A stretch of 64,000 bases of DNA, from assembly GCA_010093815.1 (NCBI GenBank), contig ML996581.1; one strand, 5' to 3'. Below, piece by piece: positions 35,444-49,194 of this stretch. Both the position numbers and the translations under genes were made by a program. Source of the DNA: Pseudovirgaria hyperparasitica (lineage: Eukaryota). The number at the start of each line of letters is the position of its first letter. The stretch's first letter is position 1. The notes under the pieces are model-generated. The model had not been told where the DNA came from. It saw only the letters and a list, made by a program, of their open reading frames with translations, and did no database searches.

Positions 35444-37699
35444 ATGTCGAAGGAAGATGGGCCAACAATGGGGGACCACGCTTCTACCTTTGGATTAATG
35501 CCCATCTCCAGATCTAGACCTGAAGGAGACGTCGACTTACCTAGGATATACCCCAACATCGTACAACCGACATACACAGCCGGGTTTCAGTACCAATGGC
35601 AATACTCAGTTCCTTATAATCCATATTGGCAATTGGCTCCTCAATCTTACCATTACCCTGAAACTCCAATTGTCGAACCGGAGTCAGAGTTAAGTTCGGC
35701 CAAAGAAGAGTCGGAATCAGAAGCAAGGGAGGACGTCATTGACAAATGTCCTAAAGGATCCACATCTAATCAGACGGTTGTAAGTATGCCTTCTTGCCAC
35801 CTTCAAGCTCATGCAACGCCCACTAGCTCGGTGGTACACTATTGCGGTGTATGTAAGAAGCCACGATCAAGGGGTTACCATCGTAGCCATCCAGTCTCAC
35901 CGGAAAATCCCGCCGAACAGGGAGTCTGTGGTAAATGCAAGAGGCCAAAATACAAATACTACGACGGTACTCAGGAGGCTTATCACATACGCATTCAAGA
36001 TGGTGATGCGCACCATGCTAGAGGACGTTCGCCTCCCAGCAGCTATCGTGTGATCAATTACCGCAATGAACATGAAGAGGTTCCCCAAACCCGTTGCCGG
36101 ACTGAATCAGTGAGCCGTACTCGTATCACTATTCGTGACAGCAGTGGGAGCGGTAGAAGCCACCGTTCTTCACGCTCAGACTCTCTGGCAGATCGGCCGG
36201 GCGAATCTACGCGCCGGAAGCTCATTCGTCGAGAGTCTCCTCCACCCCTATCACGACGCAGCCTGGAACCTGCTCGACTCTACAACGATGATGTTCGGGC
36301 GTACGCTGGACCGCGAGGAGGGCATCATACGACATCTCAAAATGACACTAAATTCACCAGTCGATCACAGTCTCAACACACCCAGAACGAACCTTCAAAG
36401 GATGTGGACGCCCAAGGACGTCTTGCATCACACCCTATGCCTTTTAGATATGGTCGAGCTGTCAGAGTCGAAGAACAGTCATCATCGTCTCCACTACCCT
36501 CAAAATTACGCAAGCCTGATCCATCACGAAGAAAAAGTTATCATTTGCCTCATTCATCGGTACCGGCGAAGCCGTTCAATCCAGCACTCGCAAGCCCTGA
36601 AAGGCCTATAGCAACCCGTTCGCGACTTACTAGCGAGCCGCTAGAATATAAGCCCGACAAAGCGTCGAGGCAGAGATCAACATCCGCCGAAAGAATAACC
36701 GTTCGAAACTGTTCACGGACTCGACATTCCTCGCCTGGTACTGGTGCGAAGAAACCTCGTGGCATTCTCAGGTCTCCAAGTAGGCGCCGGTCTGAGACAC
36801 CACAGCTTAGCTCAAGAGATCGAAATAATAATGCCAGCGGCGATACGACAGCTGCCGAATATGGCGGCCCACGGGTATCCTTCTCCGGGCATTCTGAGGC
36901 CTTTCGAAAGGATTCAGGTATAACAGAAGCGAGTGCGACGGCTTTCAAACCAAGAGACAGACGTCACTTTGGCGCCGACGCTCAGTATGGTAGTCGTGAC
37001 AGTTTTCATGCACAATCCAGCGATGGTAAGTACTGTTTTGCGCCAAATCCCAGAGTCTCGGTGTTCACCCTTTAAAGTTAATTGAGTACAGATCTTTACG
37101 AAGTTCCAGACTCGAATCGTCAAGCCGTGTCTACCTCAGTATTTGAGCCTGACACCTTATATGATCCCTATAGTCCTCCATCAACACATGTTGTGGAGCG
37201 AAGCACCTATCACCGTTCCAGATCCCGTCATCGCTCACGATCCCGCACTCGACGTGGCCGAGCACTCTATCGCTCATCATCCCCTACACCTATAGCGCCA
37301 CGATCAACATCGCCTGGGTTACCAGTTTCATCTAGATCCCCTAAGCGTAGACATGTCACGATCCTATCTCCTCGCGACCCCTCATCTAAAAGACTACGGT
37401 CGCCGCCACCTGCTGGAAAACCTTGGAACCGCGACTGGGAAAGCGAAAGCTCGGAAGAGGGTAGTGTCGTACTGAAGAAGAAGCCAAGTGTGGTAGAGGT
37501 ACGCCAGAAGCTACCTAACGGCAAGGTGGAGCGCTGGATTGAAGTCCGCGAGCAGGTCAAGGATACGCTTCGGCGCTCTTCAGAAGCACCTCATTGTATT
37601 GATAGTAGTAGTAGTGGCCATCATCGTCGTTCTAGGGCGGGGGACACTCATTTCGATAGCGTCGAGAGGGGGCGACGGAGCGATAGGGAGTATTCGTAG
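35444..37699 (+). CDS. Orphan Arg/Ser/Pro-rich protein with a small Cys/His cluster, 2 exons
   Basis: 543-aa ORF plus in-frame exon after intron 37026-37091 (G|AT CTT TAC); motif HYCGVCKKPRSRGYHRSHP...VCGKC. Confidence 0.65.
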
Positions 37700-38109
37700 C
37701 CTGCTTTCTTCAGTAATGAGCAAAAGAATATTTCTGACGCAGTTTATGGCTCTCTTGCAACTATACTGTAGTTACTAGAGGTGAAGCATATCTCAATGCT
37801 TCTGGACATGGGAGAGCACTCATACTCATATACTAAGGGTCAGCTAATGTACCCTCTTTTTCATCACGGCAAAAACGGGCGCATAGACTTCTAACACTGT
37901 GGATAAGTTCCAGCCAAACGCAGTCACCATCAAAATTGCCGCCGTCTACCAACGAATATCCACGTTCCAACATGGAGAAACACATACTTGCTCCGAAGAG
38001 GTCGTAGAGAAGAAGAATGGCGCCAGTGAAGGACTGAAATCTTCCAAGAATCACTCGTCACTTGAAGGGCACGTATACAACCACAGATGTGCTTGAAATT
38101 CTCAATTTA

Positions 38110-39051
38110 TCAACTATGATAGTTATTGAAGCGACGGTGATGTGGTCTCGTATCGAGCAACTTTGCACAAATAAGGAGTACGCCTGGGAGGATTATGAAA
38201 AGGACAATAACACCCACGAACTTCAGACGGTAATCAGAATCATTCTTCATCTGCCAACAGAACTTCTTCCAGATATGCTTCGGCAGGTAGTAGAACCATG
38301 AAGCGGACTTCTGTCTGCACAGTTCACGGAACTCTGCAACACGACCCCGAATGGAGTTCTCAGGAGGTCCAGTTTCCTGATTTCCAGGCAGATTTGGCCA
38401 GTCATTTTGACTGACGGGAGGATTGAACGTGATTCCCTCCGCGGAATGAGTTGTGGGAGCAGGGGTTGATGCTACGCGTACAGAGTCGCTGGCGTCCTGA
38501 AGTGGGCTAACGGTAGTAGTTACTGCAGAACCTGGTTGTTTTGGATATGGTGCAGTCCGCACAGGACCTCTAGCAGGATCGCGTGTCTCTGGTCCACTCC
38601 TAGTCGTGACTTTACACTGTACAGGTCGCAAGGGAACAGCAGATCTGCTGCTTTCGCCAAAGCGATGTGTATGGGCTTCGACATTAGACTCGAGAGCTGT
38701 AAACGGATAAGTGTCACTTCTTTCTTGATATGGCGGAAGTTCTGTGGATGGTGTATGCAGAATGGATCCGGTCCCGCTGACACTTGGCGTTTCGGTTGTA
38801 GAGTTGGCTGGAGGATCTTCGCAAGTCGCCTGCTCGTGAGATGGAGCAGTGACGGCAGTGATGTTGTCTACGTCATCTTCAGGGTTGGAGCTGGTGGTCT
38901 GAGCAGTGTGTACGGAATTATCGTCGGTGCTCTGCGGGTGATGTTCATTGCTTTCCGTTCTAGCTTCGGCAGAGTTGGGCTCCGGGACGACCGGAGGAGC
39001 GTCGAAGTGGTGGTAAAAGAGCGGATCATGGTCGTCATGGTTGGAAGACAT
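38110..39051 (-). CDS. Hypothetical disordered Ser/Thr/Pro-rich protein with one C-terminal TM helix
   Basis: 313-aa ATG ORF; hydrophobic FVGVIVLFIILPGVLLICA near the C-terminus. Confidence 0.55.
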   Translation of the reverse strand: MSSNHDDHDPLFYHHFDAPPVVPEPNSAEARTESNEHHPQSTDDNSVHTAQTTSSNPEDDVDNITAVTAPSHEQATCEDPPANSTTETPSVSGTGSILHTPSTELPPYQERSDTYPFTALESNVEAHTHRFGESSRSAVPLRPVQCKVTTRSGPETRDPARGPVRTAPYPKQPGSAVTTTVSPLQDASDSVRVASTPAPTTHSAEGITFNPPVSQNDWPNLPGNQETGPPENSIRGRVAEFRELCRQKSASWFYYLPKHIWKKFCWQMKNDSDYRLKFVGVIVLFIILPGVLLICAKLLDTRPHHRRFNNYHS

Positions 39052-39675
39052 ATTGAAGGGAGTGCTGGTACAGTGATGGCCCTAGAGATATATAGCAGTC
39101 GATATGAGATGAAGTTTAAATGATAGACAGCTGGGTAATGAGAGCTGTGTATGGTTGATGAAGGATGGGAAGAAAAAAAGGACGATGATAGCGAAGAATG
39201 TGGAGGAGGCCCCAAGGGGCTGAGGACGCAACTGCCAACTCCAATATATGTAAGGTCGGTGATTCATTGGCACTTTCCAAACCATTGGACGGAATCAGCG
39301 CTTGCGCTTGGTCCAATGATTCGATCTGAACAATGTGCACAGGATTTCAAGAGCACGACAAGGAGTGGATGTGCCCAGCTTCAAAGTCTGAGTCCTCCCC
39401 AGTAGCCAAAATAATCAAAGAATGGTAAAATGTTCTTGACGGCTGGCTCGGCCATGACAGAAGAGCGAAATTTGAGGTTCGCCTGACTTGATTTGAGAGA
39501 TAAGGAAAGTAGCAATGGTACGTGAGTCTGGTGACATGTGTAGCAGAGGTCTCCTATGTTGAAGAATCGTCGGACTGATGTCATATCACTGTAAGATTGG
39601 CTCCGTTTGAAGATATTACTGAAAAGACCGCGCCCGCTCCAGAAGAATGAGTTATGTTACATACCGATTGTTAGC

Positions 39676-41025
39676 TTAGTCGTCACCCCCATCGGCAGGC
39701 AGGGTCTCAATTACATCCTCCACGACTTTAATCAGCTCGTCAATATCAGGCCTTTCACTAGGCTCAACCACGAGACACCGTCTCACCACTTCTTTCACCT
39801 CGGTGCTGATTTCCTCTTCGGGGCTAGCTTTTTGCTTCCCTCTTTGTTGGCCCTCGTCTGGAAACCTCCAGTCACCACCAAGGACACACATGCTCAAGCT
39901 CCCACCCGTCTCTTCCGAGCGAGCTTCGAAGGGAGACTTGCCCACTAGACAGGCATACAGAGTGCATCCAAGTGACCATATGTCGACTTTAGTATCAACG
40001 ACACTCCCAGTCTTGACATCAAAGAGCTCGGGTGCACGATACGGCATAGTACTATGTTCACCAGCTTCATCTTGGACGGCTAGCGCAAGGGAACGAGACG
40101 TGATCGGCGTTGGTGATGGCGCGAGAGAGCCTAGGTCCATAAGAATAGGTGCTCTACCATCGTCCGCAATCATTATATTTCCTATGTCGAAAATCAATAT
40201 GAAGTAGAAATCGACCTGAGATTTCTTCTTACCAGGTTTTATGTCGCGATGCGCGTACGCCCTTTGTTGCCCAGGCGCATGTCCCTCCTGGCTTATTGTG
40301 ACCTCTCCCTCCATCAGCGGCTCCGCCTCTACTTCTTCCGTATTCCTATCCTCCTTTTTTCTCCTTGTGTGCATGGCCATCTCTTCCGCATCATCGTCAG
40401 CCTCCGCGGCTTCTCTCCGTACTCTCTTCGCATTGTTCAGACTCTGTGCGCCACCAGGTCCTTCCTTGACTTTGTATTGATGCATTGCCTTGAGTGCTTT
40501 GCACACGCCCAGGAATAGGACCATGAGCTTGCGCTCAGGAAACTTCGTATGATTCACCAGGTTCGCATTGATCAAATCTTGAAGATTGCCGCGCCTGTAG
40601 TATGGGAGAACGATGTATACGGTTTTTGCGCCCGGATCAGATTTATCTGATGCTACGCTGTAGTCGATGCTGTGTATTATATTGGGATGGGGTGCAAATA
40701 GGCTGTAGGCTTCCACCTCCTTCATAGCGTGCGCGACGGATTCTTGGCCGAATGGACATCTTATTTTCTTAAGCGCGTAGAGTTGCTGTGTAGAATCCTG
40801 GACGAGATATACGTAGGAAAAGCCACCCTGTCATTGCCATGGTCAGTCTATGACAATCATGTTGATAATGCCTAGCAGTTCTGTAAGTGGACCTACTTCT
40901 CCTAGCAGTCGCAATATCTTAAAACTCCGCGAATTGATCTTGAGCTGAGGAGTCCCCGGAAAGCAGACCATACAGTTGGTCAGGGAATACACAAGATCCA
41001 GGAAGTATGATGCGACTGCAGACAT
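39676..41025 (-). CDS. ENV7: NAK/STK16-family Ser/Thr kinase Env7, 3 exons
   Basis: N-terminal NCMVCFPG (acylation cysteines), LLGE|GGFSYVYL, HRDIKP|GN, MDLGS, STMPYRAPELF, DIWSLGC. Confidence 0.93.
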
Positions 41026-41508
41026 CTTCACGTTTTGTGACCGGCGGCGAAATCGCAGCCCGTAGTCGTGTCGCTCGCCAAGTGCCCTAAGGTGTCAAAG
41101 GGTGACCAGAACCTGAAATCACGACGGCCGAAGTGAGATTAACGATTTATATGAGCGTCAACTTGAAGGACAGACAAAGTATACGATCTTGTCTCAGCTT
41201 CGTCGTTGCTGATGGCGCAGTAGCTAGCGCCCCGGAGCTGTTGTTACTAAGCAGCGTGTCTGGCTGCAATTGAACAATTCTATCTGTGTACCTGCGCCCA
41301 CATTGGTATCGCAGAGTATGTAAATATTATACAGATATAGCATGAAGCGTACTAAGCAAGGTGCCCGAAGCTCTACATCGAGGTATGTAGCTGGTAAATT
41401 CGTGTATACAGGAGTAGTATTCAAAGTTGATGTAATTAGAAAGTTGTAGATGAGTGTATACTGGCAGACAGCGACTACACAAGCGCCCGGAGGAATCAGC
41501 AAGCATCA

Positions 41509-42709
41509 CTAACCTTTCTTCCCTGCGGCTTTTTCCTCTTCTGCCAAGGCATGCGCAACCCCTCTCTTGATCCCTTCTTGTAACGGCACAATCGGTCTAT
41601 ATCCCAATCTAGTCTTCGCCTTGGTGATGTTATAGTATCGTGTCATCGCGAGATAATTGACCCTCTGTCTTGTCAGGTTCGGTTGTTTGCCGAATAAACC
41701 GAGAATCGTCTCCAGGATTGTAGCGATAACGTAGGCTAATCCTTTCGGTAGCACCCAGACTTTGTGTGGAGGTGGAACAGGGCCGCATTCTCGCCAAGAA
41801 GCGCGCGCGTAATCCCAGAAGTAGACAGGCTCGTCGTTTGTGATGAAAAAAGCTTCACCGTCCACCTTTTCAGTGTCCAGAGGTACTGTGGGCATCATCT
41901 CGTGAGTTGCCATGAGAGCGGTCGCAGCGAGGATATGGGCATGTGCCAAGTTGCCAACGTAGGTGAAGTCGAATAGATTTTGATTGTCCCCGACTTGAAA
42001 GTTGATGGACCGTTCGCGATAGGCTTTTACAAGGGCGCTGACGTTCTGTCTGTCTCCTTCGCCGAATATACCAGCAGGACGTAGGGCACAAGTAAAGAAC
42101 CCTGGGGTCTTGCGATTTGCTTCAGTGACAGCTATCTCAGCGTAGCCCTGAGCGCAACTTTAGTCTATACTCAAACTCGAATCTTTGTGACTCTCTGGAG
42201 CATACCTTGGTGCTAGTGTAGTACTCTGATTGCGCATCGCCCAGGACCATGGGGTATCTCTCGTCAGCGTTGATGAGGCCGGTCTCAGGGTCACAGATGA
42301 CACTCGCACTACTTGTATACACGAATGCTTTAACTCCAGTCTCCTGTGCAGCCTGGAGAAGCGCTTTCGTCCCCTCTACGTTGACTTTGTATAACAGCTT
42401 CTTGGGCAATGTTGGTACTGGGCTCGCAGTATGTATAACGACATCGAGTTTGAACTGCTGGAAAAGCTCCGAGATCTTAGCGGTATCTGTGATGTCTTGC
42501 GCATGATAGCTGACTTGCGGACTAGAGTTACGATTGCTCTCAGTGCGTAAGTCGAGGACGAAGATTCTCGTGTCTGGAAACTGCTCCAAAAGGACCCGCA
42601 CAATGTGGTGGCCGAGGAAGCCGCACCCACCTACGACGCAGACATTCCCGAGAGTTGACCTTTTCCTCTGCTGGGGATTGACGATCTCTTCCGACAGGAG
42701 TCTCTGCAT
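41509..42709 (-). CDS. ERG26: C-3 sterol dehydrogenase / sterol-4-alpha-carboxylate 3-dehydrogenase, 2 exons
   Basis: VVGGCGFLG, HTASP, FVYTSSAS, YTSTK, LRPAGIFG, FDFTYVGN, GEAFFITNDEP. Confidence 0.93.
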
Positions 42710-43480
42710 TGTGGTAGGTAGAACCTGTGAATGTTGCGACACGCAATCCTGTAATTTGGACTCTGGAAGTTAACATTATGAGAAATCGGCGCTCGGGCCA
42801 GGAGCTACCAGTAACGGCAAGTTACGACACAACGGACAGGGGTACCGAAAAACGGAGCTTTACGGGAATTCGCGTTCATCACCGGTGTCCGCTGAACCAG
42901 AGTCCATGCCGAACACAACTCTGTACATCAGCAATTTGGGGGTAAAAATTGTTGGTATATTCTGCTTTCGGCGACAAAGTCGAGAAGTGCCCACTTTCGT
43001 GAGATTTTCGTGGCGAGAATAGTAAGCTGAGAACTCGAGACTCAAGTGTGTATTAAGCATCGATTCAAAAGAGTTCCAGCTAGAAACATATTACTTAGTG
43101 GATTTTGATGACTTACAATCCAGGGCTATTCTCTCTATATTTATGCGCCGATCGGGTGAAACGCAGAGCGAGAAACTGCGACTTATTGCTACCATTGAAC
43201 CCTAAAGACAACCATGCAACACCATACCGAAAATGCACATCGTGAAGTCATTATGTAGTCGCCTTGCACTATCGCAGAGGCAAACCATCCGAAGCTTCTT
43301 GTGACGCCACCGTAAATAATCTTCAAAGCCGGGTATTTAACCTTCCGTTATTCGCCAGATGAACATATGCGATAAAGTCGATGAGTCCATACTTTTCGGC
43401 CATGGATATGCTGTAACATTCAGTACCTGGATCCATGTCAGTTCTGTGCATGACTCCATATGGGTGTGTCCTTCTGTTAC

Positions 43481-45010
43481 TTACTCCGAGCTGTCCTGAA
43501 CCGAACGACGTAGTTTGCGATTGTACAACTTCTTATCCTCGGGGGTACCCCAGAACAATTTAGCTGCTTCAGGGTTGACCAATGTTCGAGGATCGTACGC
43601 AGGGGATTCTTCTTCAATGGCGGCTACTATGGCATCGATATGACTTCTAATATCGTCTTTCTTCGGCGATTCATAGCAAACCACACCGTGCTTCGAGAGG
43701 CGATGATGAAATAAGGGTGTCTCACAAATGACGCGTGGTAACACTTCTGGGAACCTAGGGCTAAGATAGATCTTGAAGCGGAACATTCCACCATCCAGGT
43801 TGGTCATCGGTCTTCCAAAAAGAATCAGCTCCCACACGAACGGGTTTTTGTCGACCAAAGTAAGGTCCAGTGAAACCGCATCATTGTGCTTGAAGTGCTC
43901 GCTTGCTTGCTCGAACTGTCGTTGTAGATTACTGGCGATGCCTGATTCCTTCTCGATCGATATCTTTCCTTCATTTGCCCATTCCTGAGTCTCATCTACA
44001 AGCTTTTCCCGGATCTCTGCCAGTCTCTTCTTCAGCGAGCCGTAGTTGAAGGATCCTTCCATGGTATTACTCGGCCCTTCGAATGGCATTTTTTCGAATT
44101 TTGAGCCATCTTTGTATTTAGCATGCTCCTGTTCCATTGTCTGCAGATATGAATCGTAGTACCACATGAAACGGCGCTTGCAGAGATCTCTAAATGGCTC
44201 GAACGCCGCCTCTACTGCGGTGTTTTGGTAATCTTCCTCTGCATCATATACCGTGACCGACTGTGACTTGTCCCGATTGATGCCCAGATAACCTTCCAAT
44301 CGGTCAATGATCGATACTCGTAACGTCTCGTGTCTGATCTTAGCGGCATATGCCTGTACATTCTTTTGATCGTAGTCAGACTTTGAATCTTCAAACCCTG
44401 GCTCGTTCTCGTACGGATTTGGCGACATCAAACTCTGTATAGAGATCAAGATGGACTCTAAGCCTTGCGCAGAAGACCATTCTTCGCCAGACTCGCCTCT
44501 CCATGTCCCAAGTATCGACAAACAGACCTTTCCCTGTGCGTAAATATTCGGGTTGAATCGCGTGCGGCCGCCATTAGTCGTGATCGCATTGACGTGAGGC
44601 GCTTTCGTGGGATATTCTAGAAACGGTAAGCTCAACCATACACGAATCAGCCATTGGAATAATTACCTCTACCAAACCTGACGTGAAACTATGCACATAT
44701 ATCAGAATTAGTCTACCATTGGCAAGTAAGTCTCATGAATTACCTCAAAAAAGCCGAACTCATAGGGTGTATCAGGAGGACCGATTATCAGCGCCCGGAC
44801 GCTTCGAACGTCTATGTCGCGGCATGCAACTGCAAGGGCTGTTCCCACTGTTAGTTATTGTGGACATGACCGACGCGTATGAACCGACATAGATCAGGCC
44901 CTCGTTGGATCTCTCCTAGTTCCTAAGGCACATGTTAAACCACAGACACCTTTCCGAAATTACACACAGAGTCTTACACGAGTTATGCGGAGAATGGACT
45001 GGTTCGACAT
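43481..45010 (-). CDS. Ubiquitin-conjugating enzyme (UBE2Z/BIRC6-like) with a second C-terminal UBC-like fold, multi-exon
   Basis: MSNQSILRITR, LIIGPPDTPYEFGFF, RFNPNIYAQGKVCLSILGTW (catalytic Cys); second domain WELILFGRPMTNLDGGMF...PRFP. Confidence 0.9.
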
Positions 45011-45541
45011 GATCTCTCGGATCGCACACTCTAAAGTATGTAGCGTTCAAGAATCAACCGTGGGTGCGTGTGGCAGATCGATGGAAGATGGCGATCATAA
45101 AGGACCGTTTGTAAGACGACACAGCTTAAAAGGTAAAAAGAGTACTGGGGGAGGTGAACGTAAAGGTGAAGCTCAAGGTGCGAAGCGAAATCCTGGGTCT
45201 GGTTCCCAAGGCTGTGCTGAGAGATGAACCTGGTAACACGCTCAACACTGTGCCGGATAGCAGACTGGAGGATCATGGTATGGTTATTTAATTTAGTTAC
45301 CTAGGTCCCTCCACTGTAATTGTCCTAAAGTAACAAAAATGCAGTTATGCAGCTGCCCACCCCTGCCCCTCCATTCATACCCCTACCCCTCTATTTTGCT
45401 AGAAGCTTGGACCTACCAGGTATTCCATAGTCCGTATGGATCGTTAGCAGGTTCAACGCCAAGACGTCGCCGTTAGGTATCGAATCTGGACTCACAGTGG
45501 GGAGCAATGTCTGCGCAATGACCAAGACATGAAAACTTAAC

Positions 45542-46108
45542 ATGTACGTATCTCGAGATTCGCAAGTGCAAGACCGACGAAAATACTGACAGCCCGTAGG
45601 GTCGTGTTTGCGCTACTCGTCATCAACAAGGCCGGAGGTCTCATCTACAATCGTGAGTTTCACTCCGGCCTGAACAAGATGAGCAGTAACGACTATTTGA
45701 TACTTGCCGGTACTTTCCACGGGTATGCTTGCATCCATGCTCCAGTCCACTCGAACGCTCACACTACCTAGAGTCCATGCTATAACGAAGTCTCTTTCCC
45801 CTCTACCGCGTACTCAATCCGCCAACGGCACCTCTGCCAGCGCACCATCTCCTTTCGTAAATCGTCCTACAGGCCTAGAAGTCCTAGAATCCGCACACTT
45901 TCGGCTGCAATGCTTTCAGACTGTAACGGGCACGAAGTTTCTCCTTTTCACCGAGCCTCAGCAGCCGAATGTGGATAACGTTATGAAGAGGATATACGAA
46001 CTATACTCCGACTACGTTATGAAAAATCCTTTCTATACAGTCGAGATGCCGATACGTTGCGAGAAGTTTGATAGGAGCCTAGACGCTTTCGTGAAAGTCA
46101 AGAGCTGA
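45542..46108 (+). CDS. TRS23: TRAPP complex subunit Trs23 (sybindin-like), 3 exons; start codon split AT|G by intron 45544-45599
   Basis: M|VVFALLVINKAGGLIY, NDYLILAGTFHG, FQTVTGTKF, IYELYSDYVMKNPFY. Confidence 0.93.
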
Positions 46109-46391
46109 ACTACGCACCAGTTGGAGAAAAAAACTAAAACATCGAATTAAGACGCAGGTCCGATGAGTAGGATGGCGCATCATGGAGCTGAAGGGCCAGG
46201 AACCGTAGAGCCCTAGTTCCGACCCATAATCACGACGTTACTGGATAGAAGTAACTTTATATATCTAGATGGCTGGCAGCTTTGGCAGGATCTAATCAGA
46301 AGCATGAGCTTGGACCTCTATGGATGATGTTATGGTACATGAGCGCCACGTGTGCAAACCTGTAGTTGTTTGATTCAACGAGATACTCTTG

Positions 46392-47437
46392 TTATGCAGT
46401 GTCCATCTTATCAGGGTCGTCGTCTTTCCTGTCTTTCCCCCTCCCACTGCCACCCTCCTCGGGAATATTCTCCAGATCTGCCTTGCCTGTCTTTGCCTCT
46501 TCGTCCTTCTTGTTCTTTTCCTCCCTGGCCTTGGCTTCTTCGTAGCTCATCCTCAATGCCAGTGCCAGTTCTGGATCAACCGAAGGATCAACGTATTCGA
46601 AGTCATTTGAGCCGCCTCCCGATCCGCCAGGGTGGCCGTCGGTATCTCCACTGCTAGGCACCGCACCGCCCTCATTTACAATGACAGATGAGTTGATAAA
46701 TTCAAACAGTTGTGTGTCCCCGGGAGGACACACCAGAAGACGAGATTCGTGTTCGTGTGAATCCAATGGAGCACTAGCAGTGTGAAAGTTCTTGATGAAC
46801 GGTGTCAGCTTGCTTTCGACATTATCTCCTAGTTCTCCAAAGGCGATCACATCGATACTGATATTGTTCTTCTTCAGGAAGGTTTTTGCGAGTGTTTGGA
46901 GTTCGGCAGCGGTCTCTTCGAGGGGGGAACAGATGAAGGCAATGATGCGTTGACGTTGTGATTTGTTTTGCCTATTTCTGAGTACCATCTGGAAAGTTGA
47001 GTAAGAATTTAGCGTGTGTTTCCCCAGACCTTCTTTGAAAACTAACCTGTGCTATGCGGATCGCCGTCCAGAACCTTATCCTTCCATGGATCTTAAGCTC
47101 TTTGTTGCCTAATGCTGCCATCGAATGGCCAGGTTCGGTTTGCGGAGTAGTAAGGACATCAGGACTACTACCAGCCATGGTTATCAAGCCAACAGCAGAT
47201 TCCGGGTTCGACGCGTGCTTTGCTTCGTGAATCCTATTGACAGCATATTCTTGAGCTTTCCATCGGGTCTCGCTAGAGTCTTGTCAGGAACGTGAAGGGA
47301 GGCGATTAAGTGAGAACTGACAGGTAGTCTCCGTTCCTGCTGAATTCGCTGTTGTCCAGCCTAGAATACGCATGTCAGCTCGTCTCGTGGACTCATCGAT
47401 GAGGAGCATACAGGATCATAGTCGCTTCGAGCACCAT
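46392..47437 (-). CDS. RPN10: 26S proteasome subunit Rpn10 (VWA + UIM), multi-exon
   Basis: MVLEATMI, DNSEFSRNGDY, NPESAVGLITMAG, QRQRIIAFICSP, VDPELALALRMSYEE. Confidence 0.95.
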
Positions 47438-47913
47438 CGTGACAAAATGGTCCACCAAGGAAGGCTTCTCTCACAAGATTCGAGTTGAAGTTAAAAGTAG
47501 ATTTCGAGGTGCGGACAACGGTCAGAGTGAAAACCGAAAGATATTAGGAAAGCGCTGCAATTTGAAGCAAGTCAGCTACTATCGATGAGCTATCTGGAGC
47601 TGCGCGAGTGCTGGTGCTTAGTCAATGCGAAGTCATAGGGTACCTAGAGGTACAACCACGGGTAAGTAATTAGCGGCTAGGGTCTATTACCTTAACCTTG
47701 TACGCGCCTAGATAGTCCGTGCAGTGCCAGTTCCTCATTCGAGCTCTTTACCTCTCTAACAACCATCACACTTCACCACACGAAAGACTTCTAATCAGCA
47801 CTATTTGCACTCTAAGTCACGGGGAGTTATCGAGTTCAAATAGAGACATACATCATCCGACATTTTCTTGCCCGACTTCCCACGAGTCGCGTCGCCAATT
47901 AGGACGTGTTGCA

Positions 47914-48724
47914 ATGGCGAACGGAACACCAAAACAAACAAACAGCAACATCAAAGACAGCGATGCGAACCACGACTTTGCGGTCTCAGACCAGGCCAAA
48001 ACTATCCTGGTAAGCAACATCAAGCTTGAAGGTTTGTCTATCTCAATGAGCATCCCATATTATAGTCGCTAAAATTGCTGTAGTTGCCGAGAGAGCGCGA
48101 AAGCTGCGCACTCAGAGCACGCTGCATGCACAGGGTCTTCGTTCTCGACTGGGAATGCGCGTCAACCGCATTCCGCGAAGCCTGAAAACTGCTAATGTCC
48201 TCGACTTGCTTGATCGTTACACGGATCCTCCTCAAAAGCCAACTAATCCACTCTCATCACGTGTTGGAGTTCATGGAGACACACAGACCATCCAAGAAAA
48301 GTCTACATCAGCATCGGGAGACGAAAGTGCATCGATGCCTGAGGCAAAGTTGGTGACAGCATCCAAATCGAAGCCAACAGCGACAGGCAAAGCCAAGAAC
48401 CCCACAGGATCAAAAGCCAAACCCCCTTCAGCACCAAAAACGAGGACGGTGACGGCGCCTAAGGCGAAGACCATCCCAGCACCAAAGGGGAAAACAGCAG
48501 CGCCAACTGTCAGAACACGCGGTCTGAAAAGATCCAGCAATGAACTCTCCTCTGACAACAAGGAAAATGTCCATTTAGATGTCCCGAAGAAGCGCACGAA
48601 AACTGCCGCCGCTGCTGCAATCTCCACCGCTTCTAGTCGTGCAAAGAGAGCACCTGTTGCGAAGCCTATTGCGCCAACTCCCGTTCCAGTGGCATCAGGT
48701 CGCACATTACGGGCTCGCCACTGA
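47914..48724 (+). CDS. Borealin/Nbl1 N-terminal domain protein, 2 exons
   Basis: LVSNIKLE|VAERARKLR...GLRSRLGMRVNRIPRSL; basic low-complexity tail; intron about 48032-48083. Confidence 0.75.
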
Positions 48725-49194
48725 AAGTTTTCTACCGCTTGGGTGATTGATCGGCGAAAAGTTGGCCTTCGTGTTAGAAGTTTGAGCGATGAGGTATACC
48801 CTATTTAGCATTAAGGCGTTCGGAAATCGGGGTACTTGGGCGTTCGGGTTTCACGTTTATACGATACAGTACAATGACATATAATGATCATCAGATTCCA
48901 AGGGTTCACTGCAGAGGGTGTGAAGTTTAGTACATCCAGCAATGCGACCCAGCATAAGGTAGCTCTATCTCACCTCACTTTAGGCATATGTAATTATATA
49001 GGCAGAAACGTTAATCCTTCCAGATGGAAGGAGTCTCACCTTTCGTGATCGAAGCGTGACTGGAAACGCGACTGCACGTGATGTGTTACTAGTGTGCTCC
49101 AGAAAAAAGTTAGTGCATCTGTTTGAAACTTCGTAACTATCCTTTGCCAGACGAATCCATCTGACACATTCCACAAAAGACTCCACCACATATC

